DNA from: Macrostomum lignano
Lineage: Eukaryota
Direction of reading: 5' to 3'
NCBI GenBank assembly: GCA_002269645.1
Contig: NIVC01001178.1
Coordinates: 280,003 to 344,002 of the forward strand
DNA length: 64,000 nt
How positions within the stretch are numbered: the stretch's first letter is position 1; the number at the start of each line of letters is the position of its first letter. Positions 10,300 to 20,400 of this stretch are shown one piece after another. Under the pieces are notes generated by a model, which was not told where the DNA came from, did not search any database, and saw only the letters and a list, made by a program, of their open reading frames with translations. Position numbers and translations under genes: made by a program.

Positions 10300-12519
10300 T
10301 CAAGAAACAATCACCGGACGTCGAACTGAACCCTCCCTCTCAGCTTGCATGATGAAGCTCCTGCTCTGCTGGGAGGCGCTGGCCGTTGGCAGGGCGCAGC
10401 AGTTGCCGCGGTCGAACAGCTGCTTGTACTTGAGCACCTCGCTGGCTGGCAGCTCTCCGTCCTCCATGGTTTGCTGCAGCATGGCGAACTTCGACTTGCC
10501 GTCCTTCTCATGCCGCGTCACCTCCTTCGGCTTCGTGGCCATCAGGTAGGCGAGCTCGACGAACTCGAAGAAGGTGAGCAGCGAGACGCCGGCGTAGAGG
10601 CCGAAGATGCCGCCGATCTCCGACAGCGCCTCGGCGAACGAGTAGCTCTCGACCTCTTCGTTGAGCGTTCCCGTCGGGCTGTCGGCGTGGATGGCCACCT
10701 TGAGGAAGCTCTTGCGAATGAGGAACTCGTCCACGGTCCAGTTGAACGACTTGATAGTCTTTGAGCCGATCGCCTGTTCGGGCGTCGTCCCGATGATGTC
10801 GCGGATCGGGTAGACTCTCGTGTTCTTCAGGATGCTGTTGTAGGACCGGTTGCCGACGCTCTCGTGCAGGAAGGCGGGAATCACGTACTGGTCGACGAGG
10901 AACATGATGTCGCGCTGGCTGGGCCACGCTGAGCTGCCCATCTTCACGTCGTATTCGTCGCCAGTGCACGGCTGGAAGCGCTGCGAGTCGCTGAAGTAGG
11001 TGAGGATGTTCTTCTTCAGCTGGTTCTGGTAGACTCTGTCGTGGCAGTGGACTCGCTCGAGAGTGCGTCGGATCTCCACTGGGTCCCTGCCGTTTCTGCA
11101 AAAGTAGCACAGCTTCGAGTTGAAGTGCGAGAACGGGACCACGTGGGTGTAGCAGCTGCAGCTCGACCAGAACAGGTCCTGGACTCGAGTCACTACGTAG
11201 TCGAGTCGATCGCGCTTGAACTTCTTGAAGTTCGGTGGCGGTCTCTTGGTGGTGTACCTCACATCGACGCCAGGGTAGTAGGAAACGTACTCCACCTCCT
11301 CATCGGCGGCGTCCTCGGAGGTTTCTCGGCACGGGAAATCCGGCCGGTTCTTGGAAATCTTGCGCTCCATTGAGAAGACGACTTTGGAGTAGTCTCCGTT
11401 GCCAACGATCACGCTGTTCATGTCCATGTGGGGGTAAGTTCCTTTCTCGTGAAGAATGACCCGAATTCCATCGGGCTCCATTTTATCGCCTGCCAGCAGC
11501 TGGTTCAGAGACAGATTGTAGTTCACCAGGTAGCGCTCTAAATAGTTTGACTTATCACCGTTTGAACTGTCTTTACCGTTATTTTCCTCATCGTAGAAGC
11601 CCTTTGTCGTTGTCAATGCGTTACTAGCGTGAATATTTCTGAGGTGTGAATTGGTGTACATGATGAGGTTCAAGCCCTCGTCTTCGTTGCCGCTGTACAC
11701 GCGCCTGTCCTCCTCCTCCTCTCCGTCGAACTTTGGCGTGAATGTGTAGCAGTTCCAGTAGTCGATGTTTTGAACCATTTTGAACTGCTTGTTAGAGCAG
11801 GGACGACTTTTATACCTGCAGTAAACTAGAAATAGGTCGTCGTCGTGAGCCAGGTCTCTTGTGTCCTCGGATGCCCAGAAAATTTGAAAGAACTTCCTGG
11901 CCATTTTAAATCTATCCTTGGTGCTGTTGTCCATTCCGGCTGAGGCTTTGATGAAGCCGCGAAAGAATCTCCAGTATTTTCTAATGTGACCCCTGATCTC
12001 ACCGGCTCCGTGGTTCTGCACCGACTCCGAGATCGGGTACATGTTGCAGAGGGTCACGTCTGGAAAATTCACGTGGACTCCACCGTTTAGAATGACGGAA
12101 TTAACTGGAGTTTCGTTGTAGTTGGCCACAATGAAGTAGATGTGAATGCCGCAGGCAAAGCATCCAACGATAGTGATGAGGAGCCAAAATAACTTTCGTC
12201 TGACATCTGTGGACTGGTACATGTGGCCCAGGCCGTGTACCGTGGTTCGATGCCCGTAGTCGTTGAACTCGCTGATCAACAACTTGACGGTTTCAGAGGA
12301 TTTTTTCTTCTTTCGCTGGTCCATACGCGCCTGCTGAGGTCGATAGGCAGCAGGTTGTGCAGCTGGTTGTTGCTGCTGTATGATGCCTTCTTGTGGTTGC
12401 TGAGCCGTCGATTGGGGCGAAATCTGCGACGCCTGCTGCGAGGCTTGCTGCGATCTGTGATCGCTTGCTTCTTCAGCATTGCTGCTGTTTCCATCAGGCA
12501 TGATCGGCTGCAGTATCAT
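10300..12519 (-). CDS. DEG/ENaC sodium channel subunit, intronless, 739 aa (copy B, inverted paralog of copy A)
   Basis: Same family motifs as copy A; Q-rich N-terminal extension; start Met uncertain (M1, M7 or M66). Confidence 0.95.
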   Translation of the reverse strand: MILQPIMPDGNSSNAEEASDHRSQQASQQASQISPQSTAQQPQEGIIQQQQPAAQPAAYRPQQARMDQRKKKKSSETVKLLISEFNDYGHRTTVHGLGHMYQSTDVRRKLFWLLITIVGCFACGIHIYFIVANYNETPVNSVILNGGVHVNFPDVTLCNMYPISESVQNHGAGEIRGHIRKYWRFFRGFIKASAGMDNSTKDRFKMARKFFQIFWASEDTRDLAHDDDLFLVYCRYKSRPCSNKQFKMVQNIDYWNCYTFTPKFDGEEEEDRRVYSGNEDEGLNLIMYTNSHLRNIHASNALTTTKGFYDEENNGKDSSNGDKSNYLERYLVNYNLSLNQLLAGDKMEPDGIRVILHEKGTYPHMDMNSVIVGNGDYSKVVFSMERKISKNRPDFPCRETSEDAADEEVEYVSYYPGVDVRYTTKRPPPNFKKFKRDRLDYVVTRVQDLFWSSCSCYTHVVPFSHFNSKLCYFCRNGRDPVEIRRTLERVHCHDRVYQNQLKKNILTYFSDSQRFQPCTGDEYDVKMGSSAWPSQRDIMFLVDQYVIPAFLHESVGNRSYNSILKNTRVYPIRDIIGTTPEQAIGSKTIKSFNWTVDEFLIRKSFLKVAIHADSPTGTLNEEVESYSFAEALSEIGGIFGLYAGVSLLTFFEFVELAYLMATKPKEVTRHEKDGKSKFAMLQQTMEDGELPASEVLKYKQLFDRGNCCALPTASASQQSRSFIMQAEREGSVRRPVIVS
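10332..11480. repeat. Right arm of the 1149-bp inverted repeat
   Basis: Reverse complement of 5744-6892 with 5 substitutions. Confidence 0.95.
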
Positions 12520-14689
12520 GTCCGCAGTCTTTTCTTACAATCCGATTGACAGACTGCAAAACTGAGAAACGGTTTTGGTTTATTTATCTCGCGCAACGCG
12601 ATGGATGCAGTCGAGGATGATGCAAGAACTGTGCGAACAGTTATTTCGCCAGGGTTCCCGGTTGAAAACAACGTCGATAGAGTCGGAGGGAAAGAGGGGC
12701 TGAAGGCCAGTATGTTGGTACGATGCCTCGTGTTCATTGGTAGCCGGCAGAATCGTTCGGGTCTGGGGATGTTCAGGATTGAAAGGTTTTAGAAGTTTTT
12801 TACCTTCGGCGCGTACATCGGCGTGACGCATCTGTGCACGCAGCTTACTACTAGTTACGGTTCCGAACGCTGCATACATGTAGTAGCTTTTATCGGAAGA
12901 TCGGTGTACGAAAAATACATTCGCTAGTGCGCTAGTGCGGTCGATGCTGCGGAAAAGTCAATGCCGCATCTACCTTGAAGTAGTCAAGTTTACAGGTTTG
13001 TCCTAGTCAATTCACAGGTACGTATTATCAAAGCTATTAAATAAGCCAGCCGATCTCTATACTGATACGTGTTTTAAGCTGTATAAACACTGATTACGCA
13101 AAACTTGACGTTATTTGATGGCGGTTGAACGAGTACTAAAAGATTTATATAAAAAACGACCTTTCACTGTACATTTTTCTCACACACTTTTCATGGGCTG
13201 CAATCGGAGAAAGGGATGTACAAGGTAATAACCACGATTCTGAATTTTTTAGGAACCCAAACTTGGATCCTTATAAACACCAGACACCAGAAGCGCAATA
13301 GCCAGGATTTGTATGAGGCGCCATCGAGAACGCCCGCACCAGAGGCTTCATTGTGAGTGCCAGCACTAAAAGGTGCCGCAGCTGGTGTGAAGGGGTACTT
13401 TACTCAAAGTCCACTATTTTAGTAGGACCATAGGACCATGGAGACAGGCGTACTTATGGCTTGCTTAAAAAGCTCGCAAGCTGACCTAGTTATTCTAGTA
13501 TCTGTGGCTAATACCCAGACGGTTGCCAAACTTTTCTTCTGCAGAGAAGGAGTTACGCTCGAATAAGTGGGACTTTGCAACTTTGCAATCAATCTTAAGA
13601 GCCACCATAGAAAGCTGTCTTTTGTGTAAAGTTAAGAGATCGCAAACTAAGTTGCGTTGAGCAAGCCATAAATGCAATTTCTCCATCCGACGCTTATGGT
13701 CCGACGTAAAGACCTCCTGGCTACAGAACACCCCCACCAGAGACAATTACACTGTAAATACAGTATATGGATGCAACATTAATATGCGTGTCGCTACTTA
13801 ACATATACACGTACATGTAGCTACAATCGCGCCGTCCTTGACATGCCTACATCAACCTCGTCATGCATACTAAAAAGAAAACTTTTACTTCTTGCTAGAA
13901 TAACACAGTTAGACGTGTACATGCGCACGCATCTGCAGTAGAAATGGGAATCTGCAGCATCATTGTGAGAAAAAACAGGAAAAGGCCTCCCCTGTCCGGG
14001 CTCGATGGAACGAAAATGTCAGTCTAATTACCGAATGAACTGGGGCGCTTCCAACAGGCTATCTGTAAGCCCACGCGTACATGTATATAAGCCCCGGGGA
14101 TTCTAAAACATACATGCACATATAGAAGCTACACGTCAAGAGGAAAATGGAGAGGGCTCTTCCAACTGTTAGTGCGGCTATATTGCCCATGATATTCTAG
14201 GTGCCGCGTGGCTTGCAGACCAGCTTCACCAACAACATCGGTGCTTGGATCTGTTCGGGGAGGAAAACTGAGATAAAAAAGGAAAAATCTCTTTCCGATA
14301 AATTCGCTTCCTACTGCCCGACAACCAGTCATTCAGCATGAGCCTAGATCTAGAGGATCAGGGACCAGTGAGGATTGCCATGCCATGCCTAAAGCTATTT
14401 TCTGGTGTGGAAAATTAACTTTGCACTTTAATATTGTGCAACCGCCGGCAATATTAATTGTCACGGTATAAATATATTATAGGACCCGTATTTCAGCAAG
14501 TCAAGGATGTTTATATAAAAAAGGAGACAGCAGACACAAGCAGGCCATTGTAAACTTTGCTTGTAGCAAACTGTTTTCCTCCAGAAAGCAGACGACGTTC
14601 TGCAGCAGACAGACTTTTCCTAGCTAATGTGTGCTCCGTGTGTATTTTTACTGCATAGAATATACCCCGACCGAAAATATTTGTCCTTT

Positions 14690-15310
14690 CAAAAACAGTA
14701 AGTGTGCCAGTTGTGCCACAAATATGCCCTTTGACAGAGTTATAAATGTCTTTGTATGTCATATTTGGCACACTTGATACAATTGTACCAATTGTGCCGT
14801 AGCTATGCCATTTGGCACAGTTTGTAAATGTCGATGTATGTCCTATTTGGCACACTTGACACAAATAGTATTTTTACTGATAATTGGCCAATGAAACCAA
14901 TTGGCACACTTGGCACACTTGCTACAATTGTGCCAGTTTTGCCACAGCTATACCATTTAGCACAGTTATAAATGTCTTTGTATGTCCTATTTGGCACACC
15001 TGGCACAAATAACCTTTTTATAGCTAATTCCTCTTGGAAACCATTTGGCACACTTGGCGCACTTACTACAAGTGTACCAGTTGTGCCACAGCCATACTAT
15101 TTGACACAGTTATATAACTGTCTTGGACTGTCCTTCTTGGCACACTTGGCACGAATATCCTTTTTATAGCTAATTGGTTATTAAAACAGACTGGCACACT
15201 TGGCACACTTGCTACAATTGTACCAGTTGTGCCACAGCTATGACATTTGGCACAGTTATATGTCTTTGTCCTTCTTGGCACACTTGGCTCAAATAACCTT
15301 TTTTATTGCT
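14690..15310. repeat. Degenerate ~140-bp tandem repeat rich in TGGCAC/GTGCCA motifs
   Basis: Recurrent ggcacacttggcac and gtgccagttgtgccacag; 4-5 units. Confidence 0.75.
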
Positions 15311-15391
15311 AATTACCTAACAAAACTGTTTGACGCACACCCGGTGCAACTTGCACTGAGGCTGCGACGTCAGTAGCTTCGATTTTGGCAG

Positions 15392-16208
15392 ATGACCGGC
15401 AGGTTTTCACTCCCAACTTGCGGCATGATCTGCTCAGACGCTCGAAAATGGCGCAACCGCGTTTGATTGACGCCATTACAAAAGAACTAAAGCAGCAGAT
15501 CACGCAACATCTCGCCGTCCATCTAGATCAGCTCGTGGACCCAGCCGTCACAGTTGACAACATGCTGGTCGACGACAGTGGAAAGAAATTATACTACGGT
15601 AAGAAATTAATAGTCCTTCATTTATGATCGCGCAAATATCCTATTGTTACTCTCAAACGCTCTTCAATCCTTAAAAAACACCTCTGCAGCCAATCGGTTT
15701 CGCCTTTACGTCCAACGTCGCTCGGACCAGGGTCATGGCCAGTAAGGATATATCAAGAACCAACGACTCCGGCCAACCTCAATGCACTTCTCCGCGAGAT
15801 GGTGCGGGGGTGCTTCAGCGACGACGAGATTTTGGTAACGTCGTTGAGCGGTCGCGCTACTGAGCCTGGTCGGCCACGCCTGCTACCTGGCTGGAATCGA
15901 CATCCCAACCAATGAAAGCGATTGAAAAGGCCTACGTCCGATGCTCCATCACCGTCAGTCGGCGTGAAAAGCAATCCGGACGTTTGCCTGTAAAGAAACT
16001 TCGTCAAGGTGCGGCTGCCAATGTCACTGACACTGTGCAGTCGGAGGCGGCTAATGCACTCGCGAGGACTGAGCGCGGGATATCTGCTGTTGCATCTAGC
16101 AAAACTAAACTTGTTTGGCAGATGCGGGACCCGTCTAGCTTGGTCTGTCTCCCTCATGTTTCTGGTTTTGTTTTCCCCTGGAAATATGCTCTTTTCCACA
16201 TAAAGTAA
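15392..16208 (+). pseudogene. Possible degraded BEN-domain-like coding relic
   Basis: Exon-like 15392-15598 (ttttggcag / gtaaga), second acceptor at 15689; peptide NLNALLREMVRGCFSDDEILVTSLSGRATEPGRPRLLP (~15775-15890) resembles the BEN core from memory; frames broken. Confidence 0.35.
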
Positions 16209-16939
16209 CCAACTACATTACTATAGTTAGTTCCAGACTCGTAAATTACAATAGCACCAGGAATCAGACTTGTTGTCTAACTAGAAAAGTATAGGGGAAC
16301 AGAGGTATTGGAGTTGGTTTCACTAATTGCTTGTTTTTTATCTAGTTGTTTGTTTGTGCTTTTTAAATTAATACATTAGATGTATACATGTTGTTACATT
16401 AAAATCCTGTGCCACGTGTAGTCGACTCAGTAGTTAATTTGTTACATTGCATGTTTTAGTTTCAAATGTATTAGAAGTGTAAACTCTTTGGCTGGCACCA
16501 CAATTTTCATGCACCGCGCTTTTTAATTACGTTGTTTTTTGTTTCCTGTCCAATGTCCGCTGTCTGTTATGTTTCTTTCCGTTAACTTCTAGTATGCATT
16601 TTTTAATTCCGCAGCCTCCCCTTTTTCCTGTTTTATACATGTTTTTTGTCCTATTTGCTACTTCCCATTAAATATATACGTATTTATGCAACATCCCTTT
16701 TTCCAACTGTTTTAAATCTGTTTATGTTCGCGCTCAACATTATTTTAAAGTTTAATTTACATTGACAACTCTTTTCAATTTGTCTTCCCTCATTTAAACA
16801 TGAGAAGGACCTCTCGCAAATCTTAGCTACTTCATACACTTCATAACTCGTAGTTGACTAACGGGTCAACTATAACAGCATCAGATAGCATATTATGTGC
16901 TTAGTTCAACTGCTTTAAACTGCAATTCACTCGTCTGGA

Positions 16940-17195
16940 GAATTTACGCCAAATGGCACAGTACGCGCTAGTTTAACTGCTTCTAGCTGCACATTTACTC
17001 GTATGGTGCCAAATGGTCCATTTATGGCACAGTTGTGCACAATTATAAGCACTCAAAAATAGCTGAGACAACTGGCACAGTTGTGGCACAGTTGTGGCAC
17101 AGCAGTGCACAATTAAAAATTTGATTCTTAATTGTGTCACATGTGCCAATTGGCACAGCTTGGCACAGTTATATTTGTGCCAAGCTGTGCCACCA
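16940..17195. repeat. Second TGGCAC-motif cluster
   Basis: ggcacagttgtggcacagttgtggcac, gtgccaattggcacagcttggcac. Confidence 0.65.
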
Positions 17196-17491
17196 ATTGT
17201 CGATTCTCACAAATTTCGTGTCGTTTCGACAGTTATTTTGGGATTCCCCCCAATTCATTTTTTATGTGCTATTTGACGCATTTAAAGAACAATTATTTCC
17301 GGTCGGGACATGCACAGTTCACTGTGTGCACCACACTGCAGCACAACGGCCAGGTAATAAAAATTGCATCTGATGCATAAGGTTAGCGATGCATCAGACA
17401 TCAAATATTTCTGCATCTAACAGGAAAAAAATTCCCAAGAAAAATATAATCAACCAATTCATATCAGTTTATAAGTACACATTGACGAGTT

Positions 17492-20400
17492 TTAGTCCAA
17501 GAACACTAAAAGAAGTTTTGCCGCACTTAAAGCATCAAATGTTAGCGGCAAATTTAAGAGTTCTTGAATTCCTTCGCAGCGATCTTTAGGAAGACAGGCA
17601 GCCACTTGGTTGGCTGAATCACTGATCAGCTCGTTGAGAAGATCGCTAGCGACAACCAGATCGTGAGCGACTAGCCAATTTTGGACAACTTTGGTATCTT
17701 TAGCTTTACCAATCCATTGATTTAAGCGACGTCGAAAAATGAACGATAGAAGGTCAAACCACTTTGGAATGTTCAGACCGCTGTGCGCCAGCAGTAGTGA
17801 CTGTAATAAAAGTTAATTGGATCAGTGGTAATAATGATCATATTCGCAGAAGAGCTGTAGGCACCCTTGGCCTAACGCCTTCGGCGACATCATCCTACAA
17901 CCAGCGTCAACGTTATTTCTGAACATTCCGTTCACTTCTTGAGCACACACAAGCGCGCCAATACTGTACACATTAACCAGTCAGGCTCATTGGGAAATAG
18001 CTGAGATGTCAAGACTTATGAAGAGATTGCTGAACTGCTGTGGCTCATGGTGGGGAGTTGCTGAGATGCCAAGAGTCAATTGGGAGTTGTTGGTAGGTTA
18101 CACATTAATTTCCTTAGAATGCTAACGATAGCGACTGTAAAAGATCAAAAGCCGCATGTATAGTTTATCCCAAAAACTTGCTAGTTTTCCACTAGAAAGC
18201 AACACACCTGAGCGGCCTCATCAAAGCCTGGCGTATCTCGAACGTCGCTCAGGGATTGTAAAACGTCAGTTAAATCAATCAACAATCGGTCATGACAATG
18301 TCGAGCATTGCATGCGTTGAACCAATTGTGATTGATGCTGATGCAGGCTTCCAAATTAGCCACTTGATGATGCCAGCCGGATGGGACAAACAAAACGTCT
18401 CCTGGCTCTTGTAGCAACCGGATCCCGGATAGACTTGAGAGCGTTTCACTGCTGCACTCTCCCAGATCCCAGGGCAAACGGTTTCTACAGAGCAGCTTTT
18501 TCTCTTGACCTGGCGGTAGCAGAATCCACAGCTTCCTGCCTGCAATGTTGGCCGACCAACTGTAGGAACCGAACACGTCGCAGTGAAATGGCGTCCTGAA
18601 GTATTTAAGCCAGAATTGTTTCTTTAAGTGAATCGATAACTCATTTCCCATAACAGTTAATATGGTACTTCTTAAGGATTTGAGAGCAATTCACTAAAAT
18701 TAAAAAATCTTCTTCACAAGATTTGAATCGAATGTGGTTTGATAGAAAATTTCAGAATCTTAGTTCTTTTAGTGATTCTCAAGAGTGCTCAGTTTTGATT
18801 CTCAAGTCCTCAAGAGAGTGCTCAAGAGTGATTCTGAAGAGTGCTCAATATAGTGATTCTCAAGAGTGCTTGATAGAGATTTTAAAAAGTGCTCAATAGC
18901 GATTCTCTAGAATGCTCAATAGTGATTTCAAGAGTGCTCAATAGTGATTTCAAGAGTGCTCAATAGATATTCTCAAGAGTGCTCAATATAGTGATTCTCA
19001 AGAGTGCTCAATAGATATTCTCAAGAGTGCTTAATAGAGATTCTCAAGAGTGCTCAATAGAGATTTTCAAGAGTGCTCAATAAAGATTCTCAAGGCTGCT
19101 CAATAGAGATTCTCAAGAGTGCTTAATAGATATTCTCAAGAGTGCTTAATAAAGATTCTCAAGAGTTCTCAATAGAGATTCTCAAGAGGGCTCAATAGAG
19201 TGATTCTCTCAAGAGTGCTCAATAGAGATTCTCAAGAGTGCTCAATAGATATTCTCAAGAGTACTCAATAGAGATTCTCAAGAGTGCTCAATAGAGATTC
19301 TCAAGAGTGCTCAATAGAGATTCTCAAGAGTTCTCAATAGCGATTCTCAAGAGTGCTCAATAAAGATTCTCAAGGCTGCTCAATAGATATTCTCAAGAGT
19401 GCTCAATAGAGATTTTCAAGAGTGCTCAATATAGATTCTCAAGAGTACTCAATAGCGATTCGCAAGAGTGCTCAATAGAGATTCTCAAGAGTGCTCAATA
19501 GAGATTCTCAAGAGTGCTCAATAGAGATTCTCAAGAGTGCTCAATAGAGATTCTCAAGAGTTCTCAATAGCGATTCTCAAGAGTACTCAATAAAGATTCT
19601 CAAGGCTGCTCAATAGATATTCTCAAGAGTGCTCAATAGAGATTTTCAAGAGTGCTCAATATAGATTCTCAAGAGTACTCAATAGCGATTCGCAAGAGTG
19701 CTCAATAGAGATCTTCAAGAGTGCTCAATAGAGATTCTCAAGAGTGCTCATTAGAGATTTTCAAGAGTGCTCAATAGAGATTCTCAAGAGTTCTCAATAG
19801 CGATTCTCAAGATTGCTCAATAGATATTCTCAAGAGTGCTCAATAGAGATTCTCAAGAGTGCTCAATAGAGATTCTCAAGAGTGTTCAATAGTGATTCTC
19901 TGGTGTGATCAACAGTGATTATGAAGAGAGATTAATCACGTTTCAATATGCTTTTTTGATGCTTCAAAATTACAGTAAGAACGGATCGACAAATGCATCT
20001 GTTTGGTTTTCGAAGAATTTGAAAAAGAACGATTTTTTAATGATTTTAAAACAACCAATAAGTCAAACTCGGTCTCACCAAGAGTGCTGAGGTCCCAGGT
20101 ACACAAACCGATAGTCGCTATCAGTCTGGTCTAGACAATATTCATTCAGCCAATCAGATGTGAAACAGTCTGGCACTGTGTAGGCGCGATAATCTGGATA
20201 TAGCAATTGAAAATGCCAATCCTTCAAATACAGAATTTGATTATGCTTTGCAGTTGCTTCTCCGAACTGCGAACTACTAATAGCTGACCAATATTCGCCA
20301 AAATAATCACTGGCCGACATGCGAATCACTGGGTGACTGTCGCATTCTTCTCGATTGCACTGCGATACGGGCAGATTTTGGCTGTCTGAAGTTCCAATTG

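Noticed and set aside
6114-11459. Overlapping antisense and alternate-frame ORFs within the channel genes
   Set aside because: Expected by-product of very high GC3; duplicated only because the arms are duplicated.
4813-12519. Inverted pair as a sequencing fold-back (missed adapter) artefact
   Set aside because: The 5' halves are diverged with frame-preserving, often synonymous changes and the spacer is not a mirror image; an artefact would be symmetric throughout. Collapse of the 3' arms alone is not excluded.
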